Shown in pieces: positions 45,987 to 55,057 of a stretch of DNA of 64,000 nt. The DNA lies in NCBI GenBank assembly GCA_963717365.1, contig OY970327.1, positions 459,599 to 523,598 on the forward strand. Direction: 5' to 3'. A program made the translations under genes and the position numbers. The stretch is from Candidatus Saccharimonadia bacterium (GTDB lineage Bacteria; Patescibacteriota; Saccharimonadia; Saccharimonadales; 2-12-FULL-41-12). The stretch's first letter is position 1. Each line of letters begins with the position of its first letter. The notes under the pieces are model-generated. The model made no database searches. It had not been told where the DNA came from and saw only the letters and a list, made by a program, of their open reading frames with translations.

Positions 45987-48830
45987 ATGGTATTAAACTC
46001 AAAGTTTAAAAAAACAAAGACAAAGCCAGCACAAAAGCTCAGTCGTTTTCAAAATCTTAGCTTATTCTTTTTTAGAAGACCACGAAAAACCGCCATTATA
46101 TGGGTAGTTGTCGCTCTATTTGGAGTTGCAAGCTATGCCACGCTCCTTAAACGAGAGGGCTTTCCTTCTATTGAAACTCCGTTCGCACTTTCGCAAGGGG
46201 CATACCTAGTCAACGATCCTGCTAAAGTCGACAACGATGTTGCTCGACCGCTGAGCGAATTCATATTAAAGCAAGACGGTGTTAAAACCGTACAAACACA
46301 GAGCTTTAACAATTTTTATGTCGCTCAGGTTGCCTATGATGAACAAGTTAACGCCGAAGTTCGCAGCCCTGAAATTCAAAAAGCCATTGATGAGCAGAAT
46401 ATACTTCCAGAACAGGCTACTGGAAAATTAGAAGCATTCAAGTTTGGCTTTACCGAACGTGGTGATGAACTTGTTATATCTTTTTACTCAAAAGATTCCT
46501 CGGTTAGTACAACGGAACTGACAGCAAAAGCTACTGATGCGGCAAATTATCTTAAATCTCAAAATATGCCGCTGGTAGAAAATGTTTCGATTATCAACCC
46601 CTATGAAACAGCAATTAACCCTAATACTGGTGTAAGCGAACTTGCTCAAAAAAGTTTTGATCGTTTTGGCAAACGAGAAGGCGATGCCAATAACTTTTAC
46701 CACTCTGTTGTGATTGGCGTAAACGCTAAAGACAAGGTCGATCAGTTGGAACTTGATAAGCAGGTTCAGGCAGCAATCAATAATCTTAGTAATGAATCAC
46801 AGTTTACCGATTACCGCGCCGAGATCAGTGCCAGCACTGCGCCGTCAATTAATCTTCAGATAAGCGAGTTACAAACCACCTTACTGGAAGGGTTACTGGC
46901 AGTACTTATCATTGGTTCGATTATAATCGCGGTGCGCGCTTCTCTGATAACAGTTATTTCAATGGTGACAGTCATCGCAATCGTCAATGGATTACTGTTT
47001 ATATTTGGCTATAGTCTCAATACCATTACCTTATTCGGATTAGTTTTAGGTCTCTCGCTGATTGTTGATGACACGATTATTATGGTGGAGGCGATTGATG
47101 CTCAGCGGCGAAAGCGAAAAGATCCTGATGAAATAATTAAAGTTGCTACCGGTAAAGTAGGCCAGGCCATGATCGCAGCTACCTCTACGGCAGCTCTGAG
47201 TTTTGCTCCGCTTTTATTTGTTGGCGGTATTTTAGGTAGCTTTATCCGAGCGATACCAATTACTATCATCTCGGCATTGCTAGTCAGCTTACTGGTTGCG
47301 TTAGTATTTATACCTTTATTTGCGCGCTATATTTTACTGGGTAAACATCAACTTGGCAAAGACAATGTTAACGAGCCTGCAGCTGCCGTCGAGGCCCGCG
47401 TGGCACGTTTTTTATCTACACCAATGCTATGGGCTAAACATTCCAAGAAAAAATTATTAGCAGTTGGCTTAGTTGCCGTGTTCATTGGTTTTAGCTTTAT
47501 TGCTGCCGGCGGATATCTATTTAAAGAAGTTAAGTTCAGTATTTTCCCCGTCGACAAAGACAGCAACCAACTAAGCGTAACTTTGACCTTCGCACCTGGT
47601 ACTGGAACGGCTGATGCAGAAAAAATAATCGATGAAGCTAACAAAATAGTTTCCGAACGCCTTGGCAGCAACTTGATTAAGGCATCTTACTACGGCTCAG
47701 GTGACATCCAGAATGCTATTTTAGTGGTTGATATTGTCGACTATAAAGAACGAGACATTAAGGCTCCTGAACTAGTCGACCAGTTAAACAACCAGTTCAA
47801 AGAATTTCCGGGTGCCCAAGTTAAAACCGGCCAAATTGGTGCAGGACCCCCAGAATCTGCTTTTGCTGCCCGAGTTGATTCCAGCCAGAATCGCCAAGCA
47901 GCCACCCAGCTTGCAACCGATATAACAAAATTCCTAGAGTCTACCGAACTTAAGCGCCCCAATAGTACAGTAGCTAAAATTGAAACAGTGACTGCGCCAG
48001 ACCCAAATATATACACCCGTGATGATAATAAAACCTATGTCCAAGCTGGCGCTCAGTTTACTGACGACGATACCAGCGCTCTAGTTACGATTGCCCAAGA
48101 TGCCGTTAAGAAAGAGTTTCCGAAGGAACGAATTGCTTCATACGGCTTAAATGAAGATGCCTTAAGCTTTGACTTTGGCCAAGAAACTGAGAACCAGGAT
48201 AGCTTTAAAACACTAGCGCTGGCATTTCCATTTCTACTCATAGCAATTTACTTACTATTGGCATTACAGTTCAAGAGCCTGCTGCAGCCGCTACTCATTT
48301 TCATGGCGATTCCATTCAGTCTATTTGGTATTACGCTCGGCCTATATCTTACCGACAATCCGTTTAGTTTCTTTGCCATGCTCGGTTTCTTCGCCCTGAT
48401 TGGATTGAGTATTAAAAATACCATCCTGCTAACAGATTATGCTAATCAGGCCCGTAGGGCCGGCATGAACGCTGTAGACGCTGCCCACGAAGCACTAGCT
48501 GAACGATTCCGCCCGCTGATCGCAACAAGTTTAACTGCAGTCTTTTCACTCATTCCATTAGCTCTCACCAGTCCGTTCTGGGAAGGCTTAGCGGTTGTGC
48601 TAATCTTTGGTCTGCTTTCCAGTACCTTCCTAGTCGTTACTGTATTTCCGTACTACTATTTGGGAGCTGAGTACCTGCGCAGTCACATTAATCGCTGGAC
48701 CGGATTGTCTTGGGTGGTTATGACCGTTAGCTTAATTGCCATACTAGTAACTATTAAACCACTGTTAGCAATAATCGCTCCATTCATTACGGCCATCATG
48801 ATAATGATCTATAAAAAGCAGGGCTGGTAA
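45987..48830 (+). CDS. RND-superfamily transporter permease (AcrB/MMPL-like)
   Basis: 947 aa with two blocks of multiple TM helices separated by large soluble loops, which is the typical RND topology. No adaptor or outer-membrane partner is seen nearby. Confidence 0.6.
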   Translation: MVLNSKFKKTKTKPAQKLSRFQNLSLFFFRRPRKTAIIWVVVALFGVASYATLLKREGFPSIETPFALSQGAYLVNDPAKVDNDVARPLSEFILKQDGVKTVQTQSFNNFYVAQVAYDEQVNAEVRSPEIQKAIDEQNILPEQATGKLEAFKFGFTERGDELVISFYSKDSSVSTTELTAKATDAANYLKSQNMPLVENVSIINPYETAINPNTGVSELAQKSFDRFGKREGDANNFYHSVVIGVNAKDKVDQLELDKQVQAAINNLSNESQFTDYRAEISASTAPSINLQISELQTTLLEGLLAVLIIGSIIIAVRASLITVISMVTVIAIVNGLLFIFGYSLNTITLFGLVLGLSLIVDDTIIMVEAIDAQRRKRKDPDEIIKVATGKVGQAMIAATSTAALSFAPLLFVGGILGSFIRAIPITIISALLVSLLVALVFIPLFARYILLGKHQLGKDNVNEPAAAVEARVARFLSTPMLWAKHSKKKLLAVGLVAVFIGFSFIAAGGYLFKEVKFSIFPVDKDSNQLSVTLTFAPGTGTADAEKIIDEANKIVSERLGSNLIKASYYGSGDIQNAILVVDIVDYKERDIKAPELVDQLNNQFKEFPGAQVKTGQIGAGPPESAFAARVDSSQNRQAATQLATDITKFLESTELKRPNSTVAKIETVTAPDPNIYTRDDNKTYVQAGAQFTDDDTSALVTIAQDAVKKEFPKERIASYGLNEDALSFDFGQETENQDSFKTLALAFPFLLIAIYLLLALQFKSLLQPLLIFMAIPFSLFGITLGLYLTDNPFSFFAMLGFFALIGLSIKNTILLTDYANQARRAGMNAVDAAHEALAERFRPLIATSLTAVFSLIPLALTSPFWEGLAVVLIFGLLSSTFLVVTVFPYYYLGAEYLRSHINRWTGLSWVVMTVSLIAILVTIKPLLAIIAPFITAIMIMIYKKQGW

Positions 48831-48844
48831 GTATAGAAAACGGG

Positions 48845-49288
48845 TTACCCGTGATGGTATTTTCCATCAGCTAGAATGCTATAGGTCCGATAAAGTTGCT
48901 CGGCTAGGATTAGCCGAACGATCTGGTGGGGAAATATTAATGGTGATAACGCTAGGATGTAGTTGGCGCGGCGCTGCAAACTAATATCTACCCCATAAGC
49001 TCCGCCTATCAGGAAAATTAAACGCTTGGTAGATTGATTTTGCAGTGTTTCTAGGGCATAGGCCAGCCGGTCATTAGCCCAGAGTTTACCGCGCTCATCC
49101 AGCAAGATAACAATATCATCATCTTTTAACTGCTTTAAAATAGCTGCCGATTCTTGTACTTTATCGGAAGAGGGGATCAACTGCCAGCTAAAGTCGCAAA
49201 ACTTTGTCAGACGTTTTTCGTATTCTTCAATGGCACCAGCCAGATTTGGATCATGTTTTTTACCAACCGTGATACAAATATTCTTCAT
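48845..49288 (-). CDS. rlmH: 23S rRNA (pseudouridine1915-N3)-methyltransferase
   Basis: SPOUT-type sequence (VILLDERGK..., FLIGGAYG, LSPLIFPHQ). I chose the start at the internal Met (MKNICITVGKK), because the track N-terminus lies inside the palindromic element. TATAGT lies 6 nt upstream on the minus strand. Confidence 0.8.
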   Translation of the reverse strand: MKNICITVGKKHDPNLAGAIEEYEKRLTKFCDFSWQLIPSSDKVQESAAILKQLKDDDIVILLDERGKLWANDRLAYALETLQNQSTKRLIFLIGGAYGVDISLQRRANYILALSPLIFPHQIVRLILAEQLYRTYSILADGKYHHG

Positions 49289-49290
49289 AT

Positions 49291-49343
49291 GAGTACTATA
49301 CCTCGGTTTCATTAAATTTTAATGAAGTTGAGGTATAGTACTC
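49291..49343. repeat. 53-bp near-perfect palindrome, family copy A (apex TTCATTAAA/TTTAATGAA)
   Basis: GAGTACTATACCTC (49291-49304) pairs with GAGGTATAGTACTC (49330-49343), with inner TTCATTAAA / TTTAATGAA. It lies between the ABC permease stop and the rlmH start. Confidence 0.65.
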
Positions 49344-49384
49344 AGCTTGCACGTACCCCCAAGCAAATAAATTAGAATAGCGCA

Positions 49385-50614
49385 TTAGAATGACCGCAGT
49401 GATTCAATGGGGTCTTTACGTGATGCCTTAATAGCCGGAATCATGCCAAATACAATACCTATTATTACTGATGCAGCGGCCGAAAGGGCAACTGCCTCCC
49501 AAAGAATGATCGGCTCCAGATCAGTCGTGATACGAAGTACAAGGTTAATTACACCTGACAAGCCAATTCCAATAACAGCGCCCCAAATTGATATAACGAC
49601 CGCTTCAACCAGGAACTGGGTTTGGATTTGGCGGTTAGTCGCCCCCACGGCTTTGCGTATGCCTATTTCTCGCGTTCGTTCGGTAACTGATACTAACATG
49701 ACGTTCATAATGCCTACACCCCCCACAAACAGCGCAACAGCCGCCATTACGGTAACAGAAGTGGTTACCAGCCCAAGCACGCTGTTGGCTACTGCCAGCA
49801 TCTCGTCTTGCCGTAATACCGTGAAATCTTCTTCGCCAGCATGATTTTCTTTCAGAGTTGTACTCAGACTAGTAATGGTCTCGTCGACCTTATTTACATC
49901 TTTAGGACGAGCCAGTATTTCATAAATGTTTAGCTCTTCTCCCACTAAATTGACACCTGTTTGATAGGGGATAAATACACCATCATTAAAGTCAGCTTCG
50001 GGACTCAGAGGGTTTGCTGGAAACCGTTCATAGACGCCACGTACAATAAAATCTTGGCCACGAATCTGGAATGTCTTGCCCAGCGGCACATTTTCTTTAA
50101 ACAAATTCTCAGCCACGCCTTGGCCGATAACAGCTACCCGGCGGTCTTTATCGGTTTCTCCAAAGAAATTCCCAAATTCAATATTGCGTTTTATGACGTC
50201 AGGCATGTTCTGGTTGCTGGCCATTACAAAACCTTCGTTAAATCGATTTTGGTCCAGGCTGGGGGCACCAGAAATAATACTCAGCGGCACGGCGATATCG
50301 ACGTTGGGGTTATTTTGAACTGATTGAAGGTCTTTGTCGCTGATCCGGCTGGAAGATAGGAATGACAACACATTAACACCGGTGATTTTGCCAGTATCAT
50401 CTCGCTTGACCAGCGACCCAGGACGGATTGTAATTAGGTCACTGCCTACGCTATTAGTTTGGCCTGAGACTTGGCGCTTAACACCTTCACCTAAGCTAAC
50501 GGTGGTAATGACACTCACCACACCAATAATAATACCTAGCATTGTAAGAAAACTGCGAAAACGGGCGGCCTTAATAGATGATCGAGCCATGCGCAAGTGT
50601 TCGGAAAACATCAT
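49385..50614 (-). CDS. ABC transporter permease, MacB/FtsX-type
   Basis: 409 aa with an N-terminal TM, a large extracytoplasmic domain and three C-terminal TMs with the REIGIRKAVGA motif. Confidence 0.8.
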   Translation of the reverse strand: MMFSEHLRMARSSIKAARFRSFLTMLGIIIGVVSVITTVSLGEGVKRQVSGQTNSVGSDLITIRPGSLVKRDDTGKITGVNVLSFLSSSRISDKDLQSVQNNPNVDIAVPLSIISGAPSLDQNRFNEGFVMASNQNMPDVIKRNIEFGNFFGETDKDRRVAVIGQGVAENLFKENVPLGKTFQIRGQDFIVRGVYERFPANPLSPEADFNDGVFIPYQTGVNLVGEELNIYEILARPKDVNKVDETITSLSTTLKENHAGEEDFTVLRQDEMLAVANSVLGLVTTSVTVMAAVALFVGGVGIMNVMLVSVTERTREIGIRKAVGATNRQIQTQFLVEAVVISIWGAVIGIGLSGVINLVLRITTDLEPIILWEAVALSAAASVIIGIVFGMIPAIKASRKDPIESLRSF

Positions 50615-51504
50615 TTTTTAGCTCTCCGCGGACGCTTTTTGGTTAATCCTTTTGTCGGGAGCTGCGGTTTTTTCTTTTTGGCAGGCCCTCGCCTGCGTGG
50701 TTTGTCGTCACCATGCTTTGGAATCGCACTGATCATTGCCGACACTCCGGCCAGCTCCTCATCATCAATATCTTTGGGAACAAAAACTACCTTTTCGGCA
50801 ACACCTTTTGCTACTTCGCCAACCTTGGTCTTTTCATCTCGAACAATTGCTCCGTCGTACATGTACAACACTCGAGTCGCATATCGAGTCAATTCCGGAT
50901 TATGAGTTACCATTAAAATTGTATTACCCATGCGATGAACTTCATTTAGCAGCTCCATAACCAAGCGGGAAGAAGCGCTGTCGAGATTACCGGTAGGTTC
51001 GTCGGCAATCAAAATCTTAGGTTCGTTAATAAGCGCCCGCGCAATCGTGACACGTTGCACTTGGCCGCCGCTCAGTTGATGGGGGAGGTAATAAGCGCGG
51101 TTACTCAGTCCAACCCGTTCTAACATCGTGTGGGCCTGTTTTAGACGACGTCCGGTACGCTTACCTTTGTAGGTAAGTGGTAACGCAACGTTTTCTAGTG
51201 CAGTTAATTTTGGAATAAGACTTGATGACTGAAATACAAAACCAATCTTATCTCGACGAGTCTTAGCCCGGCCATTCGGCCTGAGTCCTTCTACCGAACG
51301 ACCGTCAAGCCGGAAAACACCGTGTGTCGGCCGATCCAGCATACCAATGATATTTAACAGGGAGGATTTCCCCGATCCGCTCGGTCCCATTATTGCTACA
51401 AATTCACCTTTTTCCACGCTAACGCTTACTTCTTCCAACGCAATGGTTGTTGCGTCCCCGAAGCCATACAGTTTACTAACGTCTTTTAACTCAATAATTG
51501 GCAT
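50611..51504 (-). CDS. ABC transporter ATP-binding protein (MacB/LolD-like) with a basic C-terminal tail
   Basis: Walker A is GPSGSGKSS, the signature is LSGGQVQRV and Walker B is ILIADEPT. About 70 extra C-terminal residues end in PRRRGPAKKKKPQLPTKGLTKKRPRRAKK. Confidence 0.85.
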   Translation of the reverse strand: MPIIELKDVSKLYGFGDATTIALEEVSVSVEKGEFVAIMGPSGSGKSSLLNIIGMLDRPTHGVFRLDGRSVEGLRPNGRAKTRRDKIGFVFQSSSLIPKLTALENVALPLTYKGKRTGRRLKQAHTMLERVGLSNRAYYLPHQLSGGQVQRVTIARALINEPKILIADEPTGNLDSASSRLVMELLNEVHRMGNTILMVTHNPELTRYATRVLYMYDGAIVRDEKTKVGEVAKGVAEKVVFVPKDIDDEELAGVSAMISAIPKHGDDKPRRRGPAKKKKPQLPTKGLTKKRPRRAKK

Positions 51505-51630
51505 TACGTCTATAATACGCTGTAATTAGTGTCTATGACAGGGGTTTTGTAGTAAAATTTAACCTGTAGACCGTGGTTTTTAATAATTTGTTAATATTTT
51601 TATGTTATTCACGAAATCGAATGCCTAGAA

Positions 51631-51683
51631 AAGTACTATACTTCAACTTCATTAAAATTTAATGAAAAACAGATATAGTAATA
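51631..51683. repeat. Palindrome family copy B (degenerate)
   Basis: AAGTACTATACTTCAACTTCATTAAAATTTAATGAAAAACAGATATAGTAATA matches the reverse complement of 49291-49343 at most positions by eye. Confidence 0.6.
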
Positions 51684-51728
51684 GAATAGGGTATGCTTTG
51701 TTTAACTACAGAGTCGTTCAAATACTAT

Positions 51729-51818
51729 GGAGGGGTCGCCTAGTGGCCTATGGCGCCGCCTTGGAAAGGCGGTTTGGGAGCAATCTCATCGAGGGTTCGA
51801 ATCCCTCTCCCTCCGCCA
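51729..51818 (+). tRNA. tRNA-Ser (anticodon GGA), CCA encoded
   Basis: Hand-folded cloverleaf. The acceptor is GGAGGGG/TCCCTCC, the anticodon stem-loop is CCGCC-TTGGAAA-GGCGG, the variable arm is long, the T-arm is GAGGG-TTCGAAT-CCCTC, and the discriminator G is followed by CCA. Confidence 0.85.
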
Positions 51819-51990
51819 AAAATATAGTTCTTTTTCGACCCGTTCCCTTGAAGTGTCTACTAATAAAGGAGTTAGTTGGTTTTATTTAGCCGGAAATGTT
51901 ATGGACGGACTATATAGTCCGGAATTCCTTGCAAGAGACGGGCTATTTTGCTTTTTCCACCAGACAATAATATAAAAAATTTTGCAAATA

Positions 51991-52142
51991 TTGACAATAT
52001 ATGTTATTGTTTTATGTATTATGATTTCAACCATCATGAAGCAGTATCAACTACTCCTCGGCCTTAATGGGCTGTGCTTCATCATGGTTGAAGCCTAGAC
52101 ACTATTTGTCTCCAGTACAGCCCCACTAAATAGGCTTCAACC
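51991..52142 (+). promoter_or_regulatory. Promoter plus structured leader with mutually exclusive pairings
   Basis: TTGACA at 51991-51996. An 18-bp stem forms between 52026-52043 and 52075-52092 (1 mismatch), and a second stem pairs GAAGCCTA (52090-52097) with TAGGCTTC (52131-52138). GGTTGAAGCC (52087-52096) is also perfectly complementary to GGCTTCAACC (52133-52142). Confidence 0.45.
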
Positions 52143-52180
52143 GAAGTCTATTTTTAATTTGTACATAAGGAGAAAACACC

Positions 52181-52768
52181 ATGATAGGAAATGAAGTAAT
52201 AGCAAGCAACCGAGACAGCGCTGAATACCATCGATTGGAAGCCATGAGAAAGCCCGACGATGCTATGGTTCGGGTAATGGCTAAAAACGTCGATTGGGAC
52301 GGCACACCACTGCCGAAGCCAGAAGAGACAAAGGGTTGGGTCACGGCCTCCGAAATCGAAAACGGGGTCTACACGGCTCATGAAGACCAGACCTATCCAT
52401 ATGAGAAAACAAGCATAACGTACGCTGATGTAACGGCCGGTAATGTGCCATGGCTAGGCGTTATACATATAGTGCTGTTTGAAGAAAAGGCACGCATGAA
52501 AGAAGACATTGCCCGTGAAGCTTGTATTGCCGTCATGAGGGGGAGGTCGCAGATGGCGATCCATTGGGCGACTAAGGTGGCTGCCGGTAAAGACCACGAA
52601 GCTTACGCAGTTAGAGCGCGGCAAGAATTGTCTGAGATACAAACTGGAGTGGGTCTGGAGCAAGTTGCAGAACTGGTTTCGCGGCCATTCCCCGATCCCA
52701 CGGACTTTGCGTTTGCGGCAAATGCCGTGATGCAAGCCCCTCACCCTAAAGTTGAAAAATATCGGTAA
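52181..52768 (+). CDS. Hypothetical protein (195 aa)
   Basis: ORF with SD TAAGGAG. No domain recognised. Confidence 0.55.
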   Translation: MIGNEVIASNRDSAEYHRLEAMRKPDDAMVRVMAKNVDWDGTPLPKPEETKGWVTASEIENGVYTAHEDQTYPYEKTSITYADVTAGNVPWLGVIHIVLFEEKARMKEDIAREACIAVMRGRSQMAIHWATKVAAGKDHEAYAVRARQELSEIQTGVGLEQVAELVSRPFPDPTDFAFAANAVMQAPHPKVEKYR

Positions 52769-52854
52769 ATAAATCATGCGCTGCTAGCAAAGCGAATTGG
52801 TTTTGCTAGTGGCGCAAAAATAATACATGAAGGAGATTTTGAAAGGAAGAAAAT

Positions 52855-54441
52855 ATGACGAACCCAACAATAGAAACCATACCGAGTAACCCTAGTACGT
52901 TTGATGCGCACTGGGCGGCCAATGACATGCGTGAACGCCCGGCATACTACGACGCTGTTCGTGATGCCGTACACACGCCATTTGACCCAGAGACACCGCC
53001 GGCGCTGGTCGACGTTACCGATGTCTCACTGCGCGACGGCTTGCAACAGCCTACAAAAGAAACGGGCATTACAGAATATACCCCGGAAATCACGGCTATC
53101 ATCGTTGCTGAGCGCACCGAAATTTTTGACGCCATTGTGAGTATGGGCATTAAGCGCATCGAAATTGGCCACCTGGGCAATGATGTAATCGATCAAGCTT
53201 TTGGTAGCCACCTGGTCGGCCATATTGCTCATATGCGGCAAACTGATCCGCGCTACGAAGATGTGGAATTGCAGATACTGTTTGGCAGTCAGCAAAAACA
53301 GATAGACAAAGGCACCGACGTAGTAGTCGAAGCCTACCAAGAGCACTACCCAGACACCTGGCAAGAGGAAATGAGCAAGGGTGTAGTGGTTCACGTCTAC
53401 GATCGTGTTGATGAAGTAGTCACGGCTATGGCTTCCGTGCCCTATACCATAGAAGACTCGGCTCGGCGCGTTACCGAAGCCACAGCAATTGCTATAGCTA
53501 AGGGCTTTACGAAGTTCTCAATATCCGGCGAATTGGCTACTGGCGCTAGTCCCAGGAAGGTGACGCAGTTCTTTCGCGCCATCAATGCAACCATGTTTGA
53601 TCAGGGTGCCAAAGAAATTAACGACAACCTGGCCAATACCTATGGCTATTCTAGTCATAAGCGCTGGAACACTGCTACCTTAACTGCATTCAATATAATG
53701 GTTACGCATGGTTTTGAGCCAGGTAGCGTGACCACGAGCATACATGCTCACAACGATACTGGCGATGCTGTAGCTGGTTCAAAGCGGGCCTACGTCGCCG
53801 GGTGCAAAAGAGTAGAAGGCACTATGCTTGGTACTGGCGAACGTTATGGCAATACAGCAAATATTGATGTGGTAGCTGGTGTTGCTGGAGACGGCCGGCA
53901 CGAAGACATTGCCGAAACCAGAGACTACCAGGACGATTGGATGGTCGATCTGGCCGGGGAGGTTTCGGTTCGCCGGACTGTTTACTTTCGCCAAGATTTG
54001 GTCGATAGCTTACACAACTGGTACTCGAAATGTGAAAGGATTGCGCAGATATTGGGTGAGCACGCGCTGTTCCGCTTTTACCACACGGCAGTTGGTAATC
54101 CCTACGCCCATTACAATGGCTCGGGTCCGCACGACCAGATTATGGCTGAAGCCATCATGGATCCAGTTGGCCGGCCGGGCGACGCCAGCTATGCTTGGAA
54201 GCTGATCGTCAACAACATCATGGGCAGGCCTGGCACCAAGGAGATTGCCATTGGCGATCCCGAGGCAGTCGATTCCGTGACTGTCGGCAACCATGCTGGC
54301 GGTCGCAAAACAGCCATGATTAAAAATGGTGAATTAAAACGGCCGTCACAGGAAATCATCGATCAGGCGAGCCGAGACTTTGACGAACGGAAAGCTCGAA
54401 TCCTTGGCCGCATGGCAACGGGAGTAACAATCCATGCGTAG
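52855..54441 (+). CDS. DRE-TIM metallolyase family enzyme (2-isopropylmalate/homocitrate-synthase-like)
   Basis: 528 aa. DVSLRDGLQ aligns with DTTLRDGEQ, HAHNDTGDAVA with HxHNDxGxAxA, and GTMLGTGERYGNT with GTxxGxGERxGN. SD AAGGAG lies upstream. Confidence 0.65.
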   Translation: MTNPTIETIPSNPSTFDAHWAANDMRERPAYYDAVRDAVHTPFDPETPPALVDVTDVSLRDGLQQPTKETGITEYTPEITAIIVAERTEIFDAIVSMGIKRIEIGHLGNDVIDQAFGSHLVGHIAHMRQTDPRYEDVELQILFGSQQKQIDKGTDVVVEAYQEHYPDTWQEEMSKGVVVHVYDRVDEVVTAMASVPYTIEDSARRVTEATAIAIAKGFTKFSISGELATGASPRKVTQFFRAINATMFDQGAKEINDNLANTYGYSSHKRWNTATLTAFNIMVTHGFEPGSVTTSIHAHNDTGDAVAGSKRAYVAGCKRVEGTMLGTGERYGNTANIDVVAGVAGDGRHEDIAETRDYQDDWMVDLAGEVSVRRTVYFRQDLVDSLHNWYSKCERIAQILGEHALFRFYHTAVGNPYAHYNGSGPHDQIMAEAIMDPVGRPGDASYAWKLIVNNIMGRPGTKEIAIGDPEAVDSVTVGNHAGGRKTAMIKNGELKRPSQEIIDQASRDFDERKARILGRMATGVTIHA

Positions 54442-54505
54442 TCAAGATGTTCAAGACAATGCCCAGTGCCAAACCGTGGCAAAAAATTGCACGAGTAGCG
54501 CAAAG

Positions 54506-54550
54506 AATGAGACACGGCTGTACATTGTGTGCTGTGTCTCATTTTCCTCT
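54506..54550 (+). terminator. Terminator-like hairpin
   Basis: AATGAGACAC (54506-54515) pairs with GTGTCTCATT (54534-54543), followed by a T-rich TTCCTCTT. Confidence 0.5.
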
Positions 54551-54649
54551 TGAAACTGCTAACATGTGAGACAGGAACAGGTTCCAGACCCGTGTGTTCC
54601 GCCATATTAAGAAGGAGCGTGGTCGCGCGATATTCCTCTACCGATTTAA

Positions 54650-55042
54650 TTACTCCTTTGAAATAAGCATTTCAAATAGTATTTTATAAGGATCTTTTTT
54701 ATCAAGCTTAGCCTGAATTGAAAGATTTTCTGTTCCATCAGGAACATCCAAGCCATTCTTACAAGCGGCAACTAAACCATTAAACATTGCTTCGCCAAAT
54801 AATTGCATCGCTTCGTAAGAATCTCTGACTAAACCAATTGCTACCATAGGCAGACAGTCAATATTTGCATCAATACTGTCTTCACCGGTAAATAATGTTT
54901 TGTTTATATCCGTAGTAAGCAGATATTTAGTCATACCCGCACTAACAATGTTGCACTTATACTCCATGATGCTTTCCTTAAAATCAGGACTAAATATTTC
55001 ATCCAGTGGCGGCGCTTCATAGTTCTTAAAGGAATGTGTCAT
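54650..55042 (-). CDS. Hypothetical protein (130 aa)
   Basis: ORF only. Confidence 0.45.
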   Translation of the reverse strand: MTHSFKNYEAPPLDEIFSPDFKESIMEYKCNIVSAGMTKYLLTTDINKTLFTGEDSIDANIDCLPMVAIGLVRDSYEAMQLFGEAMFNGLVAACKNGLDVPDGTENLSIQAKLDKKDPYKILFEMLISKE

Positions 55043-55057
55043 ATATTGCCAGTACTG

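Noticed and set aside
51662-51975. ORFs 51662-51889 and 51727-51975 overlapping tRNA-Ser
   Set aside because: They read through a well-folded tRNA gene, so they are artefacts of the ORF caller.
54580-54604. A tRNA 3'-end-like fragment (GGTTCCAGACCCGTGTGTTCCGCCA) as an attR repeat of tRNA-Ser marking an integrated island
   Set aside because: Only about 16 of 25 positions match the tRNA-Ser 3' end. No complementary acceptor 5' strand or full cloverleaf can be drawn. No integrase is present. The GC content of 52-54.4 kb is not clearly different from that of other housekeeping regions.
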